Source: Myxococcota bacterium (lineage in GTDB: Bacteria; Myxococcota_A; UBA796; UBA2385). Taken from it: a DNA stretch of 64,000 nt. Under the pieces are notes generated by a model that saw nothing but the letters and a program-made list of their open reading frames with translations, was not told the DNA's origin and searched no databases. Below are positions 9,940 to 19,371 of the stretch, piece by piece (position 1 is the stretch's first letter; each line of letters begins with the position of its first letter). The stretch covers positions 288,001 to 352,000 of the forward strand of contig JBIJDH010000005.1 of the NCBI GenBank assembly GCA_044344255.1, read 5' to 3'. Both the position numbers and the translations under genes were made by a program.

Positions 9940-10869
9940 ATGGGGCGTTCTTCCGGTCTTGTCATCGCGCTCTTCTTGGTGTCCTGCGGCACCGACTACA
10001 ACGTCGCTGGCGAGAAGCCCGAGGAGCACCCCGGGCGCGACGAGGACACCTCCAAGCCGGTGGTCGACACCGATGATCCGATCCCCGAAGAGACGGGCGA
10101 TCCCATCATCGACTCGGGCGGCACCACCGTTGACCCTGAGGCCCCCGTCGCCGTCTGCGCGGTGAACCCCACCTCGGTGCACCCCCCCTACGAGTCCGCC
10201 CAGTGGCTCGGCACGGGCTCCTATGACCCCATGGGCCAGGAGATCACCGGCTACACCTGGACGCTCGTGAGCCAGCCCTCTGGCTCCTCCGTCACCATGC
10301 CCTCCTGCAGCTCCTCGGTCTGCTCGGGCTTCAAGCCCGACCTCGCGGGCACTTACACGGGGCGCCTCGTGGTGAAGACCGCCGACGGTCGCACCTCCCC
10401 CCCCTGTGAGACCGATCTCGAGGCCGTGCCCACCGAGGACTTCTGGGTCGAGATGTACTGGACCCACGCCAACGACGACATGGACCTCCACCTCCTCGCG
10501 CCGGGCGGCACCTTTCAGGACATGTGGGGCACCGACTGCTACTACATCAACTGTACGCCCTCGATGGGCTCCGTGGACTGGGGCGTGATGGGGGACAGCA
10601 GCGATGACCCCACCCTCGACCTCGATGACATCCCGGGCGTCGGCCCCGAGAACATCAACATCCAAGACCCTGGAAACGGCGACTACACGGTCATCGTTCA
10701 CGACTACACGGGCAGCACCCCCGATTACACGGGCGGCAACAGCGTCACCGTCAACATCTACGTGGGCGGTTCGCTCGTGTGGACCGACACCCGCTCGATC
10801 AGCGGCGACGGCTCGGCCGAGTACTTCGCCAAGGTGAGCTGGCCCTCCGGCACCGTCACCTCCCTCTGA
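9940..10869 (+). CDS. Lipoprotein with acidic tether, PKD-like domain and YfaP/DUF2135-like domain
   Basis: Lipobox LFLVSC; GTGSYDP..ITGYTW (PKD-like); DMDLHL...LDLDDIPGVGPENI; GGAG RBS. Confidence 0.75.
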   Translation: MGRSSGLVIALFLVSCGTDYNVAGEKPEEHPGRDEDTSKPVVDTDDPIPEETGDPIIDSGGTTVDPEAPVAVCAVNPTSVHPPYESAQWLGTGSYDPMGQEITGYTWTLVSQPSGSSVTMPSCSSSVCSGFKPDLAGTYTGRLVVKTADGRTSPPCETDLEAVPTEDFWVEMYWTHANDDMDLHLLAPGGTFQDMWGTDCYYINCTPSMGSVDWGVMGDSSDDPTLDLDDIPGVGPENINIQDPGNGDYTVIVHDYTGSTPDYTGGNSVTVNIYVGGSLVWTDTRSISGDGSAEYFAKVSWPSGTVTSL

Positions 10870-10896
10870 GGGGGCCGCGGGAGGGGCGAGCTCGGG

Positions 10897-12405
10897 ATGG
10901 ATCCCCGCCCCCTCCGCGCCTGGCTCGAGGTCGCGGCGGCTACCGGTGACCGCGTGTTGGCCGCTGAGGCGGCAGCGCGCGCGGTTCGAGGAGACGGCTG
11001 GGACGTCGTGACCCGCGCCGGACCGCTCTCGCGGGCGTCCTTGGCGGTCGCCGACGTGGACCTGGGGCTCGACCACCGCCTGGAGGTCCGCCCGATCTCC
11101 ACGCCCTCGCTGATCGCGCAGGTGCCCGCCGGGGCGCCCTACCCGGTCTGGGACGCCGGCGACCGCAAGCGGCGCGGCGCCTGGGACACGCCGCCCGAGC
11201 TGGTCCGTCGGGTGGTCGACCTCGCGCTCGCGGCCACCGCCCGGCGCCTCTCGCGGGGCGTCGACCCCGCCTGCGGCACCGGGGGCTTCCTCGTCGCCCT
11301 CGCCGAGCGTGGGGTGGAGCAGGTCGCTGGCGTGGAGCTCGATGCGGCCGCCGCCGCGGTGGCCCGGGTGGCGGTGCCCAAGGCTCGGGTCGTGGTGGCC
11401 GACGGCCTCACGCTCGACTTCGAGGCCGATCTCGTCGTCGGCAACCCGCCCTTCGTCGCCCCCGAGCACCAGGACAAGGCCAGCCGGGCGGCGACCCGCG
11501 CGGCGGTCCCGGGGCTGGTGGGGCGCTTTGACCTCGCCGTGCCCTTCGCGACCCGCGGCGTGGAGCGGCTGCGGCCCGGTGGGGGCCTCGGGATGGTGCT
11601 GCCAGCCTCGATCTTCTGCGAGCCCTATGCCCAGGCGCTGCGATCGGCCTGGCTGCGGGAGGAGGCGATCACCGGGCTCGTCGGCCCGCTCGACTTCCCG
11701 GGGGCCCGGGGGCGCGTGATGCTGCTCGGGCTGCGGCGGGGCGGGCCGCCGGTGCCCCTGCCCTCGGGCGCGCTGCCGACCGAGCTGCTCTCCCTGCAAG
11801 GCGCGCCGCTCGATCCGATCATCCTCCCCGGAGACGCCGAGCTGGTGCGGCGGATCCACGGTCGCAGCCTGCCGCTCGGCGCGCTCTGTGAGGTGGACAC
11901 GGGGGTGGTCTCTCACGGCCCGCGAGGCGGGAAGGCCGCCCTCCTCGAGGCCGCGCCGGGGCCGGGCCTCGTGCCTTATGTGGACGCCGCCGACCTCGGG
12001 CGGGGGGCGGTCCGGGGCCTCCGCTACGAACCGGCGCAGATGCACCGCGCCAAGCGGCCTGGGCTCTTCTCGGCGCCCAAGCTGCTCGTCCAGCGCATCC
12101 GCGGCGGGGGCCCGCTCCGTGTCTGGCTCGATGAGGCCGGCCTATTCGCAGGCCACACCCTGCTCGTGGTCCTCCCCCGCCCCGGCGCTCCGCCTTTGGC
12201 TCGGCTCCAGGCCCTGCTCCAGAGCCCGCTCGTCCAGGGGTTGCTGCGGCTCGACTGGGGCGCCCGCCTCGACCTCTACCCGCGCGACCTCGCCGCGCTG
12301 CCCGTCCCCGTCACCTGGCTGGAGGCGCCCTCGGCCCCCCTCGAGGTCGCCTGGGAGCTCAAGCCCGACGAGGTCCGCCGGCTCGAGGCCGTCGCGGCGG
12401 GCTGA
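10897..12405 (+). CDS. N6-adenine DNA methyltransferase (Eco57I/TaqI-like, gamma order) with TaqI_C-like region
   Basis: Motif X WDTPPELV, motif I DPACGTGGFL, motif IV VGNPPF, and C-terminal PKLLVQRI. Confidence 0.8.
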   Translation: MDPRPLRAWLEVAAATGDRVLAAEAAARAVRGDGWDVVTRAGPLSRASLAVADVDLGLDHRLEVRPISTPSLIAQVPAGAPYPVWDAGDRKRRGAWDTPPELVRRVVDLALAATARRLSRGVDPACGTGGFLVALAERGVEQVAGVELDAAAAAVARVAVPKARVVVADGLTLDFEADLVVGNPPFVAPEHQDKASRAATRAAVPGLVGRFDLAVPFATRGVERLRPGGGLGMVLPASIFCEPYAQALRSAWLREEAITGLVGPLDFPGARGRVMLLGLRRGGPPVPLPSGALPTELLSLQGAPLDPIILPGDAELVRRIHGRSLPLGALCEVDTGVVSHGPRGGKAALLEAAPGPGLVPYVDAADLGRGAVRGLRYEPAQMHRAKRPGLFSAPKLLVQRIRGGGPLRVWLDEAGLFAGHTLLVVLPRPGAPPLARLQALLQSPLVQGLLRLDWGARLDLYPRDLAALPVPVTWLEAPSAPLEVAWELKPDEVRRLEAVAAG

Positions 12406-12408
12406 ATG

Positions 12409-13005
12409 TCACTTCTTGCTCTTGGCTCCGCCGCCCTTACCGCCACCCTTGCCGCCGCCTCCGCCTCCGCCGCTGCGGCCGCCGAAGCCGATGGACTGGA
12501 CGAGGAGCCCTGCGAAGGTCACCCCGCCGAGGATCCAGAGGTCGCCCTCGCGGCCGAGGGCCCAGGCCACGCAGAAGGCGCCGAGCACGCTCGTGATGGC
12601 GGGGAGGAGGCTCTGGTAGAGGTAGGGGAAGGTGAGCACGCCGACGGCCGCCCCCAGCGCCGGGATCCACCAGCGGTCCGGATTGCTGTGTAAGAACCAG
12701 GGCGCCAGCAGGCGCGCGGCCGCCCCGCCTACCGCCGCCCCCGTCCCGCGGATGGCGATGCGTTCGGCGAAGTGGAAGATCAGGGCCAGGGCGACCGCGA
12801 GGCCGACCATCAGCGCCAGCTCGACCAGGTCGCTCTGCCCGCGCCCGAGCGTGTGACCGGCCCAGCCGCCGATCGCCACGCCGGGCGCCACGACGGCGAG
12901 CCGGTAGACCCGGGAGCCTACGAGGGCGAGCACCGCGCCGGTGAGACCGACGAGGATGCGAGGGTCGAGGAGTCGTTCGAGGAGATCGTGGGCGTTCAGG
13001 CTCAT
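12409..13005 (-). CDS. Multi-pass membrane protein (DUF4203/TMEM198-like)
   Basis: About 6-7 Gly-rich hydrophobic helices with GSRVYRL, ITSVLGA and GLLVQ, then a Gly/Lys tail. Confidence 0.7.
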   Translation of the reverse strand: MSLNAHDLLERLLDPRILVGLTGAVLALVGSRVYRLAVVAPGVAIGGWAGHTLGRGQSDLVELALMVGLAVALALIFHFAERIAIRGTGAAVGGAAARLLAPWFLHSNPDRWWIPALGAAVGVLTFPYLYQSLLPAITSVLGAFCVAWALGREGDLWILGGVTFAGLLVQSIGFGGRSGGGGGGGKGGGKGGGAKSKK

Positions 13006-13063
13006 CGGGGCACCGGGGGAGAGTGCGGGATGATAAGCACGAGGCTTCACCGAAAGGGTCCCC

Positions 13064-13702
13064 ATGGAAGCCATTTCGACAAGTCAGATCGTTGCCATGG
13101 CCGGCGGCCTCGTCTGTTGCCTCGGTGTGGCCCTGTTGATCGTCATCGTCGCCGTGTTCCTGCTGCGTCGAAAGAAGGGGCCCGGAGACGACTCTGCCGC
13201 GCCGGTGAGCCCGGCTGCCGTCGGTTCGGGTGGCGGCGCGCCCTTTGCGGTGGCGGGGAAGGGTAAGGCGGTTGATGCCCCGGTCCCGGTCCCCGATGAC
13301 CTCCCGGGTGACATGGGCGAGGTCGCGCCCAGCCGGCCCTCGGCGGCCAGCCCCGCCGCGCGTCCGCCGGCCCCGCCGCCGGCGGCCAAGCCGCGCTCCT
13401 CGGCCCCCGCCTCCCCCGACTCCACCATGCTCCCGCCGCCGGACATGCCGATCCCCCCGGACAAGCCTGTTTATACGGACGAGCCCGGCGTAGCGCGCAC
13501 CCCGCCGCGGCCTGCGGGGCGGCCGGCGGCCAGCACGGCGCCTCCCGCCTCCTTCCAGTCTGTGAAGCTCGACTCCCCCTCTGGCCGGCAGCTCAAGCCG
13601 GGCGCCACCATCGTCCCGGATGATGACTGGGTCGACGAGCAGGTGCCCGAAGGCGACGCCACCGTGCTCTTCCCGCGCGGCAGTCCGAAGAAGACGGACT
13701 GA
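13064..13702 (+). CDS. Single-pass membrane protein with Pro/Ala-rich cytoplasmic tail
   Basis: TM helix followed by RRKK and a low-complexity tail; co-directional with ygfZ. Confidence 0.7.
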   Translation: MEAISTSQIVAMAGGLVCCLGVALLIVIVAVFLLRRKKGPGDDSAAPVSPAAVGSGGGAPFAVAGKGKAVDAPVPVPDDLPGDMGEVAPSRPSAASPAARPPAPPPAAKPRSSAPASPDSTMLPPPDMPIPPDKPVYTDEPGVARTPPRPAGRPAASTAPPASFQSVKLDSPSGRQLKPGATIVPDDDWVDEQVPEGDATVLFPRGSPKKTD

Positions 13703-13717
13703 ACGAACAGGACTCCG

Positions 13718-14839
13718 ATGAAGAAGACTCCGCTCTTCCTGCAGCACGTAAGCCGTGGGGCCGTCACCGAGGTGCACGGCGACTGGCTGCTCGCCGAGCG
13801 CTTCGCCGCTGTGGAGGCCGAGGTGGCGAGCGTGCGCGCGGGCGCCGGCCTCTTTGACCTCTGCGACACCGAGGTCTGGGAGCTCCACAGCCCCGACATC
13901 CGGCGCTGGGCCAACGGGATGTTCACGAACAACCTGAAGAAGCCCAAGGTGGGGGAGGGCAATCGTAACGCCCTCTGTGACGATCGAGGGAGGGTCCACG
14001 GCCTGATTGACCTCTACCTCCTCGCCGAAGACCGCCTGCTCGTGGTGGGCGACGGGGTCAGCCGCGCCGCCTTCGAGCAGCGCTACGAGATGTACCTCAC
14101 CCTCGACGACGTCGAGGTGGTGGACGTCGCAGGCGCGCCCTCCCTGCTCTCGCTGCAGGGGCCGGGCGCGGAGGCGGTGCTCGCCGCGGCGGGCCTCCCC
14201 ATCCCGTCGAAGGATCACGCCCACGGCTTTGTGGGGGGAGATCCGCTGGCGGCGGGGCTCCGGGTGATGCGACGCGACCGCCTGGGGCTCGGGGGCTTCG
14301 ATCTCCTCGTCCCGGCGAGCGCCCTCGGGGAGAGCTGGGAGGCCCTCCTCCGGCTCGGCGCGACCCCAGCCGGAGCGGCCAGCTTTGAGGTCCTCCGCGT
14401 GGTCGCCGGGCGCGCCCGCTGGCCCCAGGACGCCGTCGAGCGCTCGATGGTGCACGAGCTCCGCCTCGCCGCCGAGGTCTGTGCCTTCGACAAGGGTTGT
14501 TATGTGGGGCAGGAGGTCCTCAACCGCGTGGACATCAAGGGCTCGATCAACTGGAAGCTGATGGGCCTCGAGCTCGCGGAGGACGCGCTGCCGCCCGCAG
14601 GCGCCGCGGTGGTGGTGGCCGATGCGGACGGCGGGAGCGAGGAGGTGGGCAAGATCACGAGCGCCTGCCGCTTCGCCGGCCGGGTGTTGGCCCTCGGCGC
14701 GCTGAAGAAGATCGCCTGGACGCCCGGCGCCCCGGTGACCGTGGTCGCGGGAGATCGACGCGTCGCGGCGGTGGTCTGTGAGCTCCCCTTCCGTGGGGGC
14801 GTGGCGGAGCACCCTCAGGACGCCTCTGTCCTCGCCTGA
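13718..14839 (+). CDS. ygfZ: YgfZ/GcvT-family folate-binding protein
   Basis: YgfZ signature KGCYVGQE within a GcvT-like fold (GLFDL, LSLQGP, VGKITS). Confidence 0.85.
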   Translation: MKKTPLFLQHVSRGAVTEVHGDWLLAERFAAVEAEVASVRAGAGLFDLCDTEVWELHSPDIRRWANGMFTNNLKKPKVGEGNRNALCDDRGRVHGLIDLYLLAEDRLLVVGDGVSRAAFEQRYEMYLTLDDVEVVDVAGAPSLLSLQGPGAEAVLAAAGLPIPSKDHAHGFVGGDPLAAGLRVMRRDRLGLGGFDLLVPASALGESWEALLRLGATPAGAASFEVLRVVAGRARWPQDAVERSMVHELRLAAEVCAFDKGCYVGQEVLNRVDIKGSINWKLMGLELAEDALPPAGAAVVVADADGGSEEVGKITSACRFAGRVLALGALKKIAWTPGAPVTVVAGDRRVAAVVCELPFRGGVAEHPQDASVLA

Positions 14840-16226
14840 GTCGGCGTCGCTGTCGTCGCTGTCGTCGGCGCGGCCGGGCGGAGGGGAGGCCACGGTCTCT
14901 GCGGCCGTGCAGCTGCCGGGCACCGTGGTCGAGACCTTCCTGCGCCGGGCGGCGGCGCGGGGGGAGCGCTCCCTGGCCGGGATCCGGATCGGGATCTGCC
15001 TCATCGGCATCGCCAACTTCCTGATCGTGGCCCAGGGCTGGGAGCCCCTCCTCCGCGGGGAGCCGAAGCAGGTCATCATCGTGACGGTGATGTCGTCGGG
15101 GGTGCTCTTCTCGTTGGGGGTCCGTCGGCGCCTGCGCGACCACCCGGCGACGCCCTTCCTGCTCGACCTCTCGGTGCTCCAAGACGCGCTGCTCACCCTG
15201 GTCGTGATGACCTGCTCCGTCGTGTGGCCTGTCGAGCACTACTCCGGGATGATGGGGCTCCCCAACCAGACGATGCTGTCGCTGGCGCTCGTGGGCTCGG
15301 GTTTCCGCCTGTCTCCTCGCGCGGTGTGGGTGGGGGCGGCGGTGATCTGGAGCTGGACGGTGGTGCTGCTCGTCTACGACACCACCTACCAGCTCGTCCC
15401 CTCCACCACGCCCGATGACTTCGGTGTCTTCGGGCTGCTCATGGTCTCGGCGGGGCTGCTCGGCCTCGGCGTGGCCACCCGCACCCGCAGCCTCGTGAGC
15501 GAAGGCGCCCAGGCCGTGGTCCAGGCCGAACGGGCGCGACAGCGACTCGGGGTCTACGTCTCGGAGGCGGTGGCCGAAGAGGTGATGGCGAGCGAGGTGC
15601 TCTCCCGGGGCGGCAGCCGAAGGAGGGTGGCCGTGCTCTTCTCCGACCTCCGCGGCTTCACCCAGTACAGCGAGAAGCTCGATCCTGAGCAGCTCGTCCG
15701 CGAGCTGAACGCCTACCTCGAGGCGATGGGCACGGTCATCCGCGAGGAGGGTGGGGTGGTCGACAAGTACATCGGCGACGCCATCATGGTGGTCTTCGGC
15801 GTCCCGCTGACGCGGGGCGACGAGGCCGAGCGCGCCATCCGCACGGCGGGCCGGATGCAGGAGGCGCTGGAGGCTCACAACCGCGACCGGGCCGCCCGCG
15901 GGCTCGCAGGGCTCCAGCAGGGCGTCGGCGTGCATTGGGGTGAGGCCGTCGCCGGCAACATCGGCACCGAAGATCGGCTCCAGTACACGGTCATCGGCGA
16001 TGTCGTGAACCTCGCGAGCCGGCTCGAAGGGGCGACCAAGGAGCTCAAGCTCCCCGTCCTGCTGTCTGCAGACGTAGTGCAGGCCGCGCGGGCCAGCGGT
16101 GGCGCCATCCCCGCGCTCCACTCGGCTGGTCGGCTGTCGGTGCGAGGGCGGGAGGGGGCGCTCGAGGTCTTTGGCCTCTCCGGGCAGGGCGGCGTCCCCT
16201 CGCCGCCGCCGACCCCGATGGGCTGA
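14778..16226 (+). CDS. Membrane-bound class III adenylate cyclase (start uncertain, possibly 14907)
   Basis: About 6 TM helices, then LFSDLRGFT, DKYIGDAIM, GNIG...YTVIGDVVNLASRLE. Confidence 0.9.
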   Translation: MSSPSVGAWRSTLRTPLSSPESASLSSLSSARPGGGEATVSAAVQLPGTVVETFLRRAAARGERSLAGIRIGICLIGIANFLIVAQGWEPLLRGEPKQVIIVTVMSSGVLFSLGVRRRLRDHPATPFLLDLSVLQDALLTLVVMTCSVVWPVEHYSGMMGLPNQTMLSLALVGSGFRLSPRAVWVGAAVIWSWTVVLLVYDTTYQLVPSTTPDDFGVFGLLMVSAGLLGLGVATRTRSLVSEGAQAVVQAERARQRLGVYVSEAVAEEVMASEVLSRGGSRRRVAVLFSDLRGFTQYSEKLDPEQLVRELNAYLEAMGTVIREEGGVVDKYIGDAIMVVFGVPLTRGDEAERAIRTAGRMQEALEAHNRDRAARGLAGLQQGVGVHWGEAVAGNIGTEDRLQYTVIGDVVNLASRLEGATKELKLPVLLSADVVQAARASGGAIPALHSAGRLSVRGREGALEVFGLSGQGGVPSPPPTPMG

Positions 16227-16259
16227 AGGCGCTAGGCGGACGGCGGCGCGCGGCGGCGA

Positions 16260-16826
16260 TCAGCGGCTCGTGTTCATCTCGGCGCTCAAGTAGGCCCAGT
16301 CGAAGTCCTGTTCGATCGAGATCAGCGACGTGCCGCCTTCGACGCCGCCCTCGAAGGGGACGTCCATCGAGTCCCAGCCGAAGTCGATCGTCCAGGAGCC
16401 GCTGATCGAGCCGAATTCCGCCTTGCCGCTGAGGTCGCCCTCGAAGCCGCGGCCCCAGTCGGGGTCGATGCAGGCCGCGTAGCCGGAGAGCGAGCCGTCT
16501 TCTTGGATGGTGAAGGAGACCTCCCCGTTACAGGAGCCGGTCCCGCCCTCCCAGCCGCCGCCGCCCGAATACTCGATGGTCCCGAGCATCTCCCCGTTGT
16601 ACTCGCCGGCGTCCGAGGGCGGGTCAGCGTCGCTGTCGGCGTCGCTGTCGGAGTCGGCGTCACTGTCGGAGTCGCTGTCGGAGTCGGCGTCGCTGTCGGA
16701 GTCGGCGTCGCTGTCGGCGTCCGACTCGTTAGCGCCGTCGGCGCCGTCCTGGTTCACGGACCCGGTGTCGCCGCCGAGGACGACCTTGCCTGCGCCACAG
16801 GCGATGAAGAGTAGGGTGAGCAGCAT
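16260..16826 (-). CDS. Lipoprotein with Ser/Ala-Asp repeat stalk
   Basis: MLLTLLFIAC lipobox with GGAGG RBS; (DA/DS)n repeat; beta-rich C-terminal domain. Confidence 0.8.
   Translation of the reverse strand: MLLTLLFIACGAGKVVLGGDTGSVNQDGADGANESDADSDADSDSDADSDSDSDSDADSDSDADSDADPPSDAGEYNGEMLGTIEYSGGGGWEGGTGSCNGEVSFTIQEDGSLSGYAACIDPDWGRGFEGDLSGKAEFGSISGSWTIDFGWDSMDVPFEGGVEGGTSLISIEQDFDWAYLSAEMNTSR
16623..16727 (-). repeat. 6-bp coding tandem repeat encoding DADSDADSDS...
   Basis: Repeated GTCGCT/GTCGGA/GTCGGC units. Confidence 0.9.
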
Positions 16827-16943
16827 CGAGCCTCCAAGTGGGGCGATGCCCGTCGACCCACCAGACCGATCGCGGCGGCGCCACGATCCCTCTGGCTCCG
16901 TACTCAGCCCCGTCCACAGCCGCCGGGCTACCTTCCGGCCCCC

Positions 16944-18638
16944 GTGGTGGAGCTCCCGCTGTCCCGTTGGTTGTTCCGACTCGCGCCCCTCGTCCTGCCC
17001 GCGATCTGGCTCGCACAGGCGCGCGGCCTCGCCCTCGGCCGGCGCACCGGCGACCTCGTGAGCCACGTCTGGGCGGTCTGGAACGGCCTCCAGGGGGACC
17101 CCACCCGCAGCGCGCTCGTCGGCTTCCCGGCGGGGGTCGATCTCCTCACCATCTATGGCGGCTGGCTGCACACCTTCGTCGGGGTGCTCCTGGCCCGGGC
17201 CGGCCTCTCGCCGGTGCTCGCTTACTCTGCGGCGCTCGCGCTGATGCTCGCCGGGACGGGGCTCGGGGCCTATGTCCTCGCCCGGTCGGTGGGCCTCGGG
17301 CGCCCGGCCGCGGCCCTCGCGGCCCTCCTGCTCGAGCTCGACGGCTGGGTGCTCTACAACGCGATGGACGGGCGACCGGAGCACGCGGGCTTCGGCCCCC
17401 TCTGCCTCGCGCTGGCCGGGGCGGTGGTCACCGCGCGCGGAGACGGCCCGCGCTGGGCGCCTGTCGCCACCGGGCTCGCCGGGGCCCTCGTCTTCGTGGT
17501 GGGCTGGGAGCAGGCCCTCTGGCTCTTCCTCGCCATGCTGTGGTTGCTCCCGGCCCTCGTGGGGGGCGCCCCCGATCGGCGAGGGGCCGTTCGGCGCCTC
17601 GGCCTCGCGGCGGGCGTGGCCCTCCTCGCCGCCGCTCCCTGGGTGGGCCTGTTCTTCTCGCGCGCGCTCGGCGCCCGACACCTCTCTGAAGGCGCGGCGA
17701 TGCTCGGGTACGCGCGCGACCAGAGCCTCGTCCTCGAGCAGTGGGCGGTCGGCTTCGGGCGGCAGCCCGCTCGCGCCGGCCTGCTCCTGCTGCTGGCCTC
17801 ACCCATCCTCGTCCCCCGCGGGGAGCGGGGCCGCGCCCTCTGGCTGCTCGTCGGCCTCGGCCTCTCTCTCGTGCTGGCGCTCGGCCCCGCGCCCGGGCTC
17901 CGCCGCGTGGGCGACCTCGGCCTCACGGGCCCCTACGCCTGGATGCAGGTCACGCCGGTCCTCGGCTGGTTCCACTCTCCGGCCCGCCTCGCCATGGGGC
18001 TCTCCTTCGCCTCCACCCTCGCCGCCGCCTTCGCGGTCGAGCGCCTCGCGGGCTGGCTCCGCGCTCGAGGGGCCCCGCGCACGGCCGGGATCGCGGGCGC
18101 CCTCGTCGGGCTCGGCCTGCTCGGGGCGTCTGGCTGGGAGCTCGCTCAGGCGCGAGACTGGCCCCGCGGCGGCTTCAGCCTGCCCGAGCGTCCGGAGGTG
18201 ACGGCCGTGGGGGAGCGCCCCGGGGCCGGCGTGGTGGTCGACCTGCCGGTGTCTCGCCAGGGGGTGCACGCGCAGGACAACCAGCTCAATCAGCTCCTGC
18301 ACCAGCGGCCGATCCCCGGCCACGCCTGGCTCCCCTGGCTGGCCTCCGATCGCACGGCCGACGCCTTGGCCTTGGCGCCCCTGCTGCGCTGGGCCTCCGA
18401 CAGCACCACGCTCGAGGCCCCCCCCTTCTCGGAGGCCGATCGACAGGCCCTCCTCGCCGCGGGCTACCGCTTCATCGGCCTCACCCCTCGGTACCTCGGC
18501 CGCGATCGGGCGGCGGCGGTGAGCGAGGCGATGCAGGAGGCGCTGGGGCCGCCGATGACGGGCCGCTCGGCGCGCTGGCTCTGTTGGGATCTGGAGGGCG
18601 TGCGGCTGCGGCCGGCGGATCAGGGCGCGGCGCAGTAG
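16944..18638 (+). CDS. Polytopic membrane protein, GT-C/YfhO-like glycosyltransferase candidate
   Basis: More than 10 TM helices; HVWAVW...GFPAGVDL; LALGP...PYAW...FHSPARL; extracytoplasmic C-domain VVDLP...HQRPI. Confidence 0.6.
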   Translation: MVELPLSRWLFRLAPLVLPAIWLAQARGLALGRRTGDLVSHVWAVWNGLQGDPTRSALVGFPAGVDLLTIYGGWLHTFVGVLLARAGLSPVLAYSAALALMLAGTGLGAYVLARSVGLGRPAAALAALLLELDGWVLYNAMDGRPEHAGFGPLCLALAGAVVTARGDGPRWAPVATGLAGALVFVVGWEQALWLFLAMLWLLPALVGGAPDRRGAVRRLGLAAGVALLAAAPWVGLFFSRALGARHLSEGAAMLGYARDQSLVLEQWAVGFGRQPARAGLLLLLASPILVPRGERGRALWLLVGLGLSLVLALGPAPGLRRVGDLGLTGPYAWMQVTPVLGWFHSPARLAMGLSFASTLAAAFAVERLAGWLRARGAPRTAGIAGALVGLGLLGASGWELAQARDWPRGGFSLPERPEVTAVGERPGAGVVVDLPVSRQGVHAQDNQLNQLLHQRPIPGHAWLPWLASDRTADALALAPLLRWASDSTTLEAPPFSEADRQALLAAGYRFIGLTPRYLGRDRAAAVSEAMQEALGPPMTGRSARWLCWDLEGVRLRPADQGAAQ

Positions 18639-19321
18639 TCCTGCGTCTTGCTGACCGAGGCGACCCGGACGGTGGCCCCCTTCCGAATGACGAGCTCGCT
18701 CGCCCCCACCTCCGACCGCGGGTTGCCCCAGTCGTAGGTGTATCCGAGGCGGGTCCAAGGGTAGCCCTTGGCGCTGTAGCTCTGCGCCTGGAGCGCCTGC
18801 ATCCAGGCGCGGTGCTCGGGCGGGGTGTCGTCGGGGAAGGTGAGGGAGCAGCGCGGGTCGGTGATCTCGGCGTCGGGGCAAGGGCGGAAGAGATCGACCG
18901 GGGCGGCCTCAAGGACCACGAAGCGGTCCTTCTGGTCCTCCGGCGGCAGGCCGAGGAGCTGCTCCAGCCGCGTGTTGAGGGCCTCGCCGGTGAGGCCCCA
19001 CTTCTTGCATCGATCGTGGGTCTCGGGCACGACCGTCACCCAGACCTCTCGCGAGAGGGTGGTCTCCGCGCCGACCTGGCTGTCGTAACCATCCCAGTCT
19101 GTCCAGGTGACGAGCCGCACCCTCCCCGACTCGCCGACCCACTGCACGCGAGCGTCGTCGTGGGTGATCGCGACCAGCTCACCCGAGACCTCCCCGGGCT
19201 CGGCCACGGCGGCGTCGGCGATGGCCATCGCGTAGAAGGCCCGAGGTTCGGGGCGGCTCTTGCGGAGAGAGGGCTCTGGGTGTGCGCAGGCGAGGAGGAG
19301 GATCAGCATGGGCGGGAGCAT
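18620..19321 (-). CDS. Conserved hypothetical lipoprotein
   Basis: LILLLAC lipobox; RLEQLLGLPP, LFRPC.D.EI and YPWTRLGYTYDW..SE motifs. Confidence 0.75.
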   Translation of the reverse strand: MLPPMLILLLACAHPEPSLRKSRPEPRAFYAMAIADAAVAEPGEVSGELVAITHDDARVQWVGESGRVRLVTWTDWDGYDSQVGAETTLSREVWVTVVPETHDRCKKWGLTGEALNTRLEQLLGLPPEDQKDRFVVLEAAPVDLFRPCPDAEITDPRCSLTFPDDTPPEHRAWMQALQAQSYSAKGYPWTRLGYTYDWGNPRSEVGASELVIRKGATVRVASVSKTQDYCAAP

Positions 19322-19371
19322 ATCCCGCCGCCGCCCGCCGCCGCCCGCCGCCCCTCTCCGGCTGGAGCCCC

